Position numbers and translations under genes: made by a program
NCBI GenBank assembly: GCA_046563655.1
Contig: CM102288.1
Span: forward strand, 6,448,001-6,512,000
Length of the DNA stretch: 64,000 nucleotides
Origin: Yuukianura sp. NJ FZ-2021
Lineage: Eukaryota
Direction of reading: 5' to 3'
The notes under the pieces: model-generated
Seen by the model: the letters and a program-made list of their open reading frames with translations, nothing else
Told to the model about the DNA's origin: nothing
Database searches by the model: none
Shown: in pieces, positions 50,247-62,947 of the stretch
Numbering within the stretch: the stretch's first letter is position 1
Layout of the letters: each line of letters opens with the position of its first letter

Positions 50247-53200
50247 TCTGATTGATATCTGCAATTAAGGAACAAAACATAGACCGGTTACATTAATTGA
50301 TTAATCACACAACACTAAAGTAGGGTACCCTTAAATAGACCAACCCAGAGAGCTAACGATGAAGTTGGTTTAGCTTACCTTGGACCGTCGTACTCACTCT
50401 ACTCTCGAAATTAATCACGATTAGGACTAATTAGTACTTCAATTAAACTTCGTCTACGCTTCCTTATGTCTTAACCAAACTTGTCTTCTTGTTAACTTTG
50501 TTTTGATTTTAGCTTTTCAATTTTTGAATAGATTTGGCGGACTTTTGTCTCAAGTTCAAGTCACAATTTGTCTAATGCTCAGATAAGAAGTCAGCAGTTT
50601 CTCTTGTTTTCGGAGAATTAGCCTCCAATGAAACTCTGAACTTGAGACAAAATCCCTGAAACCAAGTTGCGGAGGATTTTTGTTACCCTGGAGCCGAGAG
50701 CTGTGCCTCCTGGTTAGATTAGGCAATAGCTTAATCTACTCCTAAGCAAAAGAAAAACCGGGTTTCATTTGGAGATCATACTCCAAAAATAGATTAAGCT
50801 AATTTTTAGTTTAGCTTTAATCCCATTTTCGGTTCAAATACGGAGCGCGGCGGACAGTGTTCCCAATGGGAACTTGCTCCTAACTGTGAGTTCAAAACCT
50901 GCAGCACATATAATTTTTTTTATTTTGTCAGAACGTGCCTACTCATATAATACTGCCTTGGTCAAAGGTCAAGCCAAATTCGGTTGATCAAATATTAACT
51001 GCATAAAGTGGTTTCCTTAAGAAAACACTCACAATATGCATAACACAAGACCATGCGTGACCCAGCTGAGGTCAACATGTCACCATTAGATCTTACATTG
51101 AATTGAACAACGAATTAAAGCTGACAAGCATTAAAACACTCACTCTAGATGTCAAGAGGGGTCATTTACAGTTGACCTGAGCTTTGACCTTGCCGAGGTC
51201 AAAGGTCAGGTCGCGGGAATATGTATCGTACATGAGAGAGGTTATCTACTTAATCGAAACAAGTTTGTTATGTGTCATTTTTCAGGTCAAGGCCATCAAA
51301 TTTGAAGCAAAACGAACTTTTTTTGCATTAACCCAAAAGATAAAACTGCTCCGGAGTGGTTTTTGTTTCAGCATCAAAATCTGGTTAGATTAGGAAGGTG
51401 TGATCTCTGAAACTCTTAATCGGTATTAATTTTCTGGGTGATCACATCCTAACCAGACTTACGATTATCTCAAGATTAGAGATAATCGGAAAAATTCCGA
51501 TTAGTGGTTTCGGTGTGCTCGCCCTTTTTTCTTAATCGGGAAATAAATTCCGATTATCCAGGCACAGCTCTCGGCTCCTGGAGGTCCGCACTTGAATTTA
51601 GTTGGCACTCGTCTTGGTCTCATATAAAAGGAGACGCAAACCAAAATCATCTCAATCCTACTCTTCAAGGAGTAGAATTAGGCAGAATTTTACTCTTTTG
51701 GAGTTGGATGTTGGGGGAGTGCGTGAGGTGACAATGGCACAAATGCATGGGGGGACCATCTCAACTCCAATCCCCCCAACATCTTTTCACAAATTCAAAA
51801 TTTATTTTTTGAATCATTTCAATCGATTAATTACTAAAAGAAGAGTTAATTAGAGATGGCAGTTAAAAAGAAGTGAAGAAGAAGCAGACGATGTTTGTTT
51901 ACATAAGGAAACTGTGTTTCCTCTACCTTCCTCTCTCATACGAGATCAGAAAAGTGAATGATAAAAATTTGTTGAGCTTCCCTTTTATATGCGAGACGAA
52001 AGGAGTAGGATGAAGCTGTGTTTTACTCTTTTGGAGTTGGATGGTGGGGGAGGGAGTGGGTGGCAATGGAAAAAATGCATTGGGGACCATCCCAACTCCA
52101 AACCCCCAAAAAACAAATATTTTGTGAGGAAAAACGGAGAAAGTTCTACAAAACAAGCAGAATCCATTGGAGTTCACTCCGCTTCAATTTTATTTTGGCT
52201 TTGTAGACTAACCTCACGTCTTCTCCATGCAGTTTCACTTCTCAAATCTAAGTAAAAGTTCTGAAAACTTTTTGTTTCCACTTTTTCTGCTTTTTTTTTC
52301 CAAACTTTCTTTGTCCTTTTCTTATGAAATTTTAAAAAAATGCATTTTTAGTGTTATTTAACCGAAACACGGCTGAAAAAGCCAATTAATGCTGAAACTG
52401 TTGTTTTTTGGCAGTTGTAACAATTTTCTTATGTAAAAAGTAATTTGCGATGCTCTTAAGACATTATTACGTAAGGAAAGTTTCAATTTTTTGAGTGTAA
52501 AAACGGAAAAAGTTCGTGAGAACAGGGAGACTCTGTGTGAGTTGACTCCACTTTATTTTCAGTTTTGGTTTCGTCCACTCTAAAAACGCAAGTTCTACTT
52601 CCATGTTCGGTTGTTTAATCAAAGTCAAAGTTCAAAATCTTTCCAATTCTGCTTTCTCTCAATTGTTTTCACTACTTTCTTTGTGGTTTTGGTTCTAGTT
52701 TTGAAAATGGAGTTTTTTAAGCGAATACAAGGAATTAATGTTGAAGTCAGTGTTTCATCTAATGAAGTGACCAGAAATACACTTGTGAAAATTGTTTCAG
52801 CCCTTTTAGTCGCCATTTCAGCTTCAAATTAATCGTTAAAGGGCAAGTGGTTTGCACAACTTTCCAATTGACGAAATAACTTTCTCCGTTGAAACTCAGA
52901 AGTTAGTTTGATGCTCATAAGGAAGCCATGACGCTTGTCGAAGCATTGGCGCCAATTGCATACTTTTGAATTCCAGTAAAATATTTGGGCTCTACACACA
53001 GCTTCTTTCTCTTCACCCTATTTTACCTTCGCATGTGGGCACTTTTAAAATTACAAAAAACAAAAAAACTAATACGTTAGGCACAAGCAATTTCCTCGAA
53101 GTTAGTTTCGTTGAGAATAATTTTTTTAAAGAATTGTGTTAATTGTTTTACAGTTATCTTTAATTAATTTGTTTGTCCTGTTAATTTAATTTGTGCTTGG

Positions 53201-53263
53201 ATGCCCGTAGGCTCTGCTGCCATCCAGTGGGTAACAGTAGTGTGTGTGTGTAGCCTCCACAGT
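50247..53263 (-). repeat. Copy B of the inverted duplication (includes promoter/5'UTR exon/intron of MRPS22), interrupted by an 887-bp MITE
   Basis: Reverse-complement homology to 21208-23302 along its length except 50691-51577. Confidence 0.92.
50691..51577. mobile_element. MITE, probably PIF/Harbinger-type
   Basis: Perfect 18-bp TIR GAGCCGAGAGCTGTGCCT/AGGCACAGCTCTCGGCTC and CTG duplication within a CCTGG site. It is absent from paralogous copy A (empty site near 22880). Confidence 0.85.
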
Positions 53264-53472
53264 TGCTTCAAATCAAAATTCTTTTGCAAGATTTAATTTT
53301 AGCTAATTAACTAATCAATTAACTGACATTAACTAATTGGTTAGACGAAGTTATTGAATTTGAGCAGTTAATTGAAGTTTTAATTGGGCTGTACACATTA
53401 ATTTGCAAAAAGTTCAGACTCAGAGTATGACAACATTTCATTTATAATTTAGTTGAATTTGGGGATGTGTTA

Positions 53473-55374
53473 CTATTCTGAATCTGTCTGTGTGAGTAAT
53501 TGGGTTTGGAGGAATTCCACTGACTTTGTTAGTTCTTCAATCTTCTGTCCATAGCGCTGCGTCAGAGCGCTTAAGCGTCTTTTGTACTCTGCCTCCTTCC
53601 CCAGAATCGCTGCCTGCATTTCACGAGTGTTCCGCTCACGCTCTGCTCGGGTTGCCATTGCATTCATCCGCGTCTCTTGAATCAGCTCACGCAGTTTCTA
53701 AAAACAAAAAGTCAACGCGTTTAATTTCCATTTCAGTCTACTTTTTAAATTTTTCTAAATCAGCGGTAGATGCAACTCTTGTGACCTGGTTGTTCCCATC
53801 CAGCGTCTTGTACAGCTTTTCAGTCTCTTCGGCATGCATAGTAGCCACTCGCTTTTTATCTTCCTCCATTTCTGCTATTCGCATCCGCAGTACTTCAACC
53901 TCACTGTGGAACTGTCCATTTGCTTCGTTTGTCACTTCGTTTGCAGCAGTCAGTTCGTCGTCACCACTGGCAGTTCCTACCTCAACTTGTGTCTTTTTCA
54001 GCTCAGCCAACTTCAGTTGCAATGTTGCATTTGTATTCTAAAACAAAGAAAAAGGGATTACTTCCTCATGCATAGTACTAGATGTGAGAATATGATGAGT
54101 ATAAAAAGTATTTCTCACTTGGATTGATTTGATTTGTTCCTTGAGCAATTCGACTTGATGTCTGTGTTGGGCTTCCAGTAGTTCGTTTTGAGCTTCACTT
54201 TTTTCGGTGACCTGCTTGAGCTGATCAGCGTGTTTCTCCAGGTCACGGGCTCTCTCTCGTTCTGCTTCCGCTTGAACTAGAATCAGTTGAGCCTGGAGTT
54301 GATTTTCATGGTCACGCTGCAACTTGGCTTCTTTGTCCATCAAGTGACTGACCAGTTCCTGGTGGGCTTCTGCCTGTCGCCGACTCTCCTCCAGCACATC
54401 GTCGTACCACTCCAGAAAGTGTTTCGTAGCAGCCTCAAACTCCACCAGTTTCTGTCTGTATGCCGACTTGATCTGGAGTACTTCCTTCTTGTTGTCGTCC
54501 AGTGCCTGCGTCAGCTTCTCTGTGTAGGCAGTTCTTAGCTTGGAATGGACTTTGTCCAGTTGGAGGTTGAATACTTGCTGGATCCAGGCAGAATACTTCC
54601 CACTGAAGTCCTTCTCCCCATCCTCCACAATTTCAAGCACATTCGTGTCCAGCATGGCTTTCAACGAATCACTTCCTTTGATCATTGAGGACATACTGGG
54701 CAATTGCGTTGGAGAAGTAGCTGGAAATTGGCCGGAAGGGAGACGACTGGGTGATGGCGGTGGAATGCTGAAGTGAGGGGGCACCAATTTCCGCATTGTC
54801 ACTTCATTCTGGTTCGAATCCCGCTCAGGCACATCTAAAAAAAAGAATTAGCAGAAAGTTTTTTAAATTCTTGTTAGTTTTCGAAAATCTTTGAAAATAA
54901 GTCAGGGGAAGTGATGGATTTCCAGCCTGTTTGATTCCTGACTCCTAAACTAATGTGTTTTCTACGCTTTTGACACCTTGTCACGCGAACAGGAAACAGT
55001 TTCCATGGATATCGTAAAGTGACAACAAGAATGAAGGGACTAAAAAGATTATAAAGACTAAAAAAGTGTGTACACTCACTGTATCTGGAGAAAGCTGGAA
55101 CACTCTGAGCTCTGTTTGAGGTGGGAAGTGAGGAATATTTTTCAGCTGGAGAGTCTTGAGTTTTGACATGAAGCGATTGACCTCGGGCGGCGGTTCTTAG
55201 AAATGCTTCTTCTGAGAAGCTGATTGGTTGATTTTGGTCACAAGTCACATGAGGCTGTGTCACTGGATGGATGACACTGAGGGGTCTGTCGCTTGGACGA
55301 CGCACAGTTCCAGTCGATCGACTCACAGGAATGCGTGAAGGTTTGCTCCATTTCGAGTTATCTGCAACTTTCAT
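53473..55374 (-). CDS. Uncharacterised coiled-coil protein (multi-exon; start approximate)
   Basis: Consecutive minus-strand ORFs joined by GT-AG introns. Ser/Pro-rich N-terminus with SRIP (SxIP-like) and long E/K/Q/L-rich helices; no family recognised. Confidence 0.7.
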
Positions 55375-56060
55375 TTGTCGGGGAGCCTAAAATCATCAAG
55401 CAATTCAAAATTTAAGAAAATCTAAAAATTCTTTACTTATATGGAATTTTGATTCTCAACTCACCTGATTTTCTTCTGTTTTTGACGATGGACTTTCGTA
55501 TCCAGAGTCTTCTTGGTGATTGGTTGTGGTTTGGGGGGAATTTGCAGCAGAAAAGTTGCGAGGGCAGCACGTTTCCCATGTCTCCAGCGAAAGTCCAGAC
55601 AATTGACGCAGAATTTTGTCCTGGGAAGCCATTCTCTGTCAATTTCAAAGTTTCAAAATACAAAAAATTTCAATTTGAACAAATTTCGGATTTTGGGAAA
55701 CGGAACTTACCTCGTTTGACTTGATAGTGTCATGTTTGAGGGTGAGCTGAGCGTGAAATTACCATGGCAACGAGTCTCAAAACTTTCCACCCCAAGTGTA
55801 GGGGATGAAACGGTTGTCATCGTTCCGCTAACACACGCTCTCTCCACTCTGAAAAAAATATCACACCCCACTTGCTGAAAACACAAAAACGAACATTAAA
55901 AGTCCCGACCATTTTTTGAAAATATCCGCGCCTAAATTTATTCATCGAACGTCGTCTTGAACAGCAGTCAATTAAACGCTTAGACGACCGAGGTTAGCGT
56001 AGAAGTAGAAAACAAATTGAAAATGCCTGGCCATGTTGGTGGGGCCAAATTATGGCGGGG

Positions 56061-59000
56061 TCACATGGCGGAATGCGTTTTGTAGACCACTTTGTCCTTG
56101 TTTCTTCTGGAAGGAGGGTTCGTGAGGTGGTCAGGATAACTGCGAGATCGAGGAGTCAGTCTGTCATGCACTTCGGATTTGGCCAAACACGACTTGATTT
56201 CGGAAGCATCCGGACGAGAGTTGGGGTCATGCGAAACCATGTCCTGGATCAACTCAAACTGAAATTACAAAAAAAAAAGAAACTATTTCAAAAAAGAAGA
56301 TTTTGAATTTTCATTTGCTTTTGACTTTGTGTTTTGTAACCTGTTCGGGGTGTGACTTGATGAAATGGTGTGGGAACTTCATTTGTCGAAGTTTGTGCAG
56401 TTCCGTGTGTTTCTCCATGTCAGTGGACAGCGGAACCAACAATTCAAAGAAAATCAAACCAAGACTGAAAATGTCCACTTTATGGTCGTACGCCTTTCGC
56501 TGAGCCTGAAATTTTCAAAAAAACAGAATCAAAAATGTATATTTTTTTAAAAGTTTTTTGAATTTTACTTTTTAAAAACCTGAGTTACCTGTTCCGGTGC
56601 CATGTAAAGCTGAGTGCCGACCTGGCCCGTCAGTTTGTTGTTTGGTTTCGCCAACTCCGATTCCACTTCAGCTTCAATCCTCCCACCACCGTTATCCACT
56701 GCCAAAGTGGTGGCCAATCCAAAGTCACCGATCTTCACAGTCATCTGGGCATCAGGAGAACTTCCACCCGCCAAAAAATATTCCCCGGCTGAATTCAAAT
56801 GAATAAAACGAAATTAATATAATAAAATGCATAAAATTAGAATAATTGATAACTAACCTTCAAATCTCTGTGGATGACTCCATTTCCATGAATGTACTCC
56901 ACTGCTTCCACCAACTGCAAAAACATTCCCATCACTTCCGGAAGGCGTCTGGTGTGCTCAGTGCGTAACCAGTCTTGGAGAGTCCTCTTTTGGCACAGTT
57001 CCTGCTGAATGTACAAGTACATGAGGCAGCTTCCGGGATTGGAACCACCTTCACTCTCACTGCACTCCTCTCCAGTGGGATCAGTGGAAGACGGAATGTC
57101 CAGCAGCGTCGGTCGCTGGAAGAACTTGCTCTCTTCACTCAAAAGTGGAACAGGAAGAGGAGCTTTAGTGGGTTTTGCATCTGACCAATCAGAATCCTCC
57201 TCCTCCTCTTCGCTGATCCTCTCTCGGCAGATTTTGACTTCTGATCCCACAGAATACGAACCCTCCCGACCACTCTCCGTTTCGAACACGATGAATGAAT
57301 CTTCTTCCGGAGTGTCCACCATCCGAATCTCAGAATGCTCTTTCCGCTTAAACCCATTTGAGGTCAAGAAGAGATCAGAAGAAGGAATGTTATCACAGGT
57401 AGGACTTGGAGTATTGAGTGTACTGCAAAATAAAATAAGTTCTTTACAATATCTAAATATGTTTTAAAAATATATACAGTTTGTCCTTACAATGCATTCC
57501 AGAGGGGATCGTTCTTCTCGAGCCACCCAGTGGGTGGATGCTCAATCCATGCGTTGAAATATCTCACAATGTTCTTGTGGTCCAGTCTCGCCAACGCCTT
57601 CACTTCCCGCATCACACGGTCTCTAGACTTCTCCCTGAAAAAATAGAAAAATCAATTCAAAAACTATAAAATTTTAAAAAATTCTGTTTAGTTTCTGAAA
57701 AAGTGACCTGTTGGGGAGCGTAATTCTCTTGACGGCATAACTCCTGTCGTCTATCTTCTTCTTCGCTTCAAACACAGTTCCAAAGGCTCCTTTCCCAATG
57801 TACTGCACTGGCTCAAATTCCTTCCTGCAAAATTAGTGTTCAGATTCAAAACTATATAAGTTTATGCAATTTTAGATTAAGGTAAGTTTGTTAAAATTGT
57901 AAAAAGTTACTTTTGTAAATTGTAAATTATAGAAACTGTGGTTCTTACAAGTACTGAGACACGAAGGGGACAGACTGGTCGTCACTGTGGCTGGAAACAG
58001 CTGATGAGGTGGACACAGTTCTGAGTCTGAGTTGGGTGCTGTCAGGAGATACTACTTCAAGTGTACTGTTCGAAGCAGAAGGTTCCAAAGACGGCGGAGG
58101 TGCTGGGAGAGCCAGTTGCTAACAAAAATAGTTTACAAACTTCAGTTTTTGACACATATTAATAAGAAATACTGGTAATGCTGACAGTGTCTCACTTGTT
58201 GCTCTCTGTTTCTGCGGAGGAACAAGTTCACTTGGTGAATGACTTCAGCAATTGTTCTCCTCCGAGTCAAGTAGACCACAGGACGGAGCAGAATGATATT
58301 CATGATGATCCCAGTTAGCAAACTGATCCCCAGAATTTCCTTCCTGCAACAAAAATGAACAACTTTTCAAAAATTGTATTCAAATTAAGAATATCTTAGC
58401 TTTGAAATGAAGAGGATTGAATCATTTACCACCAAAACCAGAATGTTGCTACTGCCATGATGACAGTTGCATCCACGACAGAATCCTCCTCCTCTTCATT
58501 ATTCACTTCTTCAATGTCCTCATCTTCTTCAAAAGAACGAGGAGGTTCTATTTCGAGGAGTGGTGATGGAGCAGCAGTTAGCACAGCTTCTCTTTCGTAA
58601 ACAAAAAATGGAGCAGAATACAAGGGAGAAAGAGCTCTGCTGTCTCCATTCGGATCAACTACACTCGCCGACATTGTTCCTACACAAAAAAAAAATGAAG
58701 GTCACAATGTCATAACTGGGCTAAAACTGTAAGATATTAGTCTACAAGTGCATAAAAGTTGTTAAAAGTAGGAACATACTTGTGGTGGATGGTTTCCAAG
58801 AGATTTGAAGCGGGAGATTTGAAGGTCCGAGATGACTTTGACTGTTGTTGGCCTCTTCGAGTGCCATGAGTCCCAATAGTTTCTTTGCAGTTGTCGCACT
58901 CTCCTGCACATACAACTGCTGCCGATGCATTCCGACGTAGAGACTCGGAGGATCATCAACAAGTCCATGTGAAGTGATGGGATCCAGCACTTCCAGATTA

Positions 59001-60315
59001 GAGTCTTCCAAAGTCCACGCCTGCGAAATCGGACTCTCAAACTGAAACAAACAAAAAACGTCAACTCATTTCATACTCAAAATTCAAAATTGAAAATCTA
59101 CAACGCTCTCTGTAAATTGTGACTTACCTTGTGTTTCCAGAGAACTTGCTTGTGTTCATCTGTGCCAAAGACCACACCTTCTGGAATGATCATTTTGTAT
59201 CTGTGAATCTGTTCCTGTTCTGCATCCCGTTCCTTGGTTCCTTCATAACATCCTTCTACTCCCGCCAGTGCTAATTCATGCGTTCCAACACTAAAGTTCC
59301 ATCGCTCAGTTCCAGTAAGAGAGTCAATTGCTCTCACAGTTTGAAGTGTTTTCTTTATAACCAGCACAATTCCAGAAGAGTTCTCGGAAGTAGTTACTTG
59401 TGGAGCCTCTGCTGTAGTGGGACTCACACAGCCACCCATTCCGCACTCGTATCGAACTATGCCCGATTCCACGTCAACTCCAAAAGTACGAAACTCCTTT
59501 CCTCCTAAAAACAAAATTTAAATTCCACAATCAAAATACTTGGAATAAGAATTGATCATAGCAAAAAGTCAAAGGTCAACCTGTGATGACGACGTCCTGT
59601 GCCAATTTGAATGATCTTCTGAGCAGAGAATCTGCGTTCATTGGCATCGCTTCCAGATTTATTCCGTCGTACTTGTACAGCCCTCCGGTCAACGATGGAA
59701 TCAACTTGATTAACTTCCCGCGTTCACTCAACTAAAACGTACAAAAAACGTTTTTGTTAGCTCAGGAGGTCAACATCAACAACATTTCTTTTAAGTTGGA
59801 TAAGTTACCTGTAGTGAGGAAATGGTGGAGGAGAAGAAGTGACCGGTACAGACTGACCAGAGGATCTTTCCAAAAGAGTCGAGCAGAGACACGCGACCAT
59901 CCAATGTCGCCACAACGATATGTCGCCCTGTTCCAGACAAAACGACTTCCTCCGAGGATCCATTTTGTCCTGGAGCAGAAGATGGGCTGAAGTGCTTTTC
60001 GAAAGTAGATCTCTTCACTTGTTTCCTGCCACCGCAAAACGGAAGTTGGTCCAGCACAGGAGAAGAAGCATCCTCTGACGAATCTGTCTCCACACTCTTG
60101 TCGCCTCCGAGTTCATCCTCCACTGAATCCTGTCCCATGGTCTTCATAATGCCAGAGTCAATGTCCAAACGGGATATGTGTGGTGTCCTTGTGTCATCTG
60201 GTGGGGTGACTGTAGACACAGGGGAAACTTTAGACAAAAGAAAGAGAGATGAGCATCCGTATATCAAGAATAGCAGTGTGAGATGAATTCTTCTCCAGCG
60301 TCTAAGCCAAAACAT
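56061..60315 (-). CDS. EIF2AK3: eIF2-alpha kinase PERK/PEK (multi-exon)
   Basis: Signal peptide, luminal [14 protein letters not shown] / [16 protein letters not shown] segment after [23 protein letters not shown], kinase insert, [34 protein letters not shown]. Confidence 0.95.
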
Positions 60316-60653
60316 AACTAAATCGTCTCCTTCCAGTAAAAATCAAGAAGCACTGTGACACTGGATGTGGCCGCGGCTGGGCGAAAGGAGTAAATTCGAC
60401 ATTCATGCGAGAATGAAGTCAAGGTAAGGGCCACTGTCCGCAACACTTGACCCTTGACCGATTAGCCTTACCGATAAATTAATTAATTTAATTGTAGTAG
60501 TAGTAAAATGAATTCGTTTAGTTACTCCCTTCACTTCAAATACTCAACTGACAGCTGGTGGTGTGATCTTTTGTTTGGGATTTGTCGGGCGACTAAACCT
60601 CTGAGTCCTCTGAATATGAATCTCGCGCGAATTTGGATTTTGGCTGTTCTGTA

Positions 60654-61764
60654 TGAGGGGAGATCGACTGCTTTTCAACGCGATTTGCTGCAAGCTTTTT
60701 TTTTTAAAAAACACAATTAAATTTCCTTGCAGAAAATCAGAACGAACATTTTCTGCAAGTTTTTTTCTTGCAGAAATCGAGACGTTGTTATAAGAAGCTT
60801 GCGGAAATTCGAGGAGCTGTTATAAAAAGCTTGCGAAGAATCGAGCCGCTGTTATAGGAAACTTGCGGAGAATCGAGACGTTGTTATAAATTATAATTCA
60901 CTTTTAAGATTTTACTACAGCTGAATTTTCCCAAGTTAGAATTCCTCGAAAAGTAAACGTAAAAGTTATATTTTGTCAAAAATTTTTGTCACGTCAAACA
61001 GTTAGAGAACAGGTCAATTTTTGACGAGACCAACATTTCAATACGGTAGAGTACGCGTGAATCCTCGGCAAGGCAAATATATCCAAAAGTTGAATTTTAG
61101 CTGAATTTTTCAAAATTCCAATTTCTCAAAAAGTAAGTGTATAAGTGAATTTTTAAAAATTTGGTCACGTCAAAAAGTTAGAGAACAGGTCAATTTTTCA
61201 CGAGACCAACATTTCAAGACAATAGAGTACGCGTGAATCCTCGGCAAGGCAAATATATCCAAAAGTTGAATTTCAGCTGAATTTTTCAAAATTCCAATTT
61301 CTCAAAAAGTAAGTGTACAAATGAATTTTTAAAAATTTGGTCACGTCAAAAAGATAGAGAACAGGTCAATTTTTCACGAGACCAACATTTCAAGACGGTA
61401 GAGTACGCGTGAATCCTCGGCAAGGCAAATACATCCAAAACTTGAATTTCAGCTGAATTTTTCAAAATTCCAATTCCTCAAATTTTTCGCATGTTTCTTA
61501 TAACAACGTCTCGATTTCCCGCAATCTTTTTATAACAACGCATCGATTTTCCGCAAGCTTTTTATGACAACATCTGGATTTTCCGCATGTTTCTTATAAC
61601 AACGGCTGGATTTTGCGCAAACTTCTTATAACAACGCCTCCGTTCTCTGCAAGAAAAAAGCTTGCAGAAAATGTTCGTCCCTATTTTCTGCAAGGAATTT
61701 TTGCTTGTGTTTTTTAAAAAAATCTTGCAGCAAATCGTATTGAAAAGCAGTCGATCTCCCCTCA
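60654..61764. mobile_element. Tc1/mariner-type MITE with long TIRs and internal tandem repeats
   Basis: TA|TGAGGGGAGATCGACTGCTTTTCAA...TTGAAAAGCAGTCGATCTCCCCTCA|TA. Imperfect inverted arms of about 230 bp contain ~31-bp subrepeats. Confidence 0.88.
60918..61482. repeat. ~176-bp tandem repeat, about 3 copies, inside the MITE
   Basis: Recurring AGCTGAATTTT...GAGAACAGGTCAATTTTT...TAGAGTACGCGTGAATCCTCGGCAAGGCAAAT. Confidence 0.92.
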
Positions 61765-62947
61765 TAGTTCTGAAGTTCAAAAAAAGCTGCGATTTATAGA
61801 AAGTTAGGTTGATGAGATGCGATGCGATCAATATAATCGATGGAAAACGTATAAATTTACGTCCAAAACGTTCGAAGTTTAAAAAATTTCGAGATTCAAG
61901 GCATTCGAAACGATTTCCAAGGCTTGAATCGCAAATCGCAAAACAATCGCAGAGACAAATTCGCGGTTCGGAGGTTTTGAGAATTCCGAGCTTTAGTAAC
62001 ACCAAGTTTTCGAGATGACTCATTCTCAGATGAGGCGATCTCCCTCCACTACGTATAAAATGCGTAGGTACATTATGTGCGGTTGACGTCAATTAAAACC
62101 GCGATTCCAGTGGTTTACAAACGAATTGAAGGGCACCGTTAACTATACTTTACGTTGGATATGCAACTAATTACGTAATTAATTAGTTAATTACGTGATT
62201 AATTGTTGCAAATAGCATGAAAAGTGTTTTATTTTTTATGTAAACATATGTAATAAGAAAGATGCGTCTGTCTGTGTCGAATTTTTGAAGGTGCGAATCT
62301 CGACGTGTCTCCCTCTCTTTTATTCACAGGATTATCCTCCCTTGTCATTGGTCATTGGCTCAAGGCGCAACTTTCCATTTCTTTGAACCGCAGGGAGTAA
62401 CTACACTCTTCAAATTCTTCCTTACTTTTACTCTTGCGTCAGCTGTAAGCAGTTAACTAACTAGGTTCTAAGTTAAATTATTTAGTAGGAGTTACCTGGC
62501 ACTCAAAACACTTCGTCAATGGCGATTCTGGACGACGTTCTTTTGATTGGGTCAGAAAAGGGCTTATAAACGTTACGACACAATCAACTTCTCTCCAGTA
62601 AGGCTTTCAATGTTCAATGGTCCATTTAACTTAACTAATTAGTAATTAACAGATTAGCCTAACTCACTATGCATTCGTACACTAATTGAGGCAGTAGTTG
62701 AACTTATTAACGACAACAAAACGTTTCCTGGATCTGGATCCACGTCTAGAGATCCATTAGCCCCTTATGTCTTACCTCCTCCCGGGATATGCTATGCTCA
62801 TGTTGCCGGAACTTCTGGAAAGTTCTCTTATCGTTTTCTAGTGGCGCCAAAAGTTTGAATTTACAAATCAGCTGTTTCGAACTTAAATTAATTACTAATT
62901 GACTTGTGTTTTTGTTAATTGCAGAAAGGAGGGAATTCGATAGAGAG

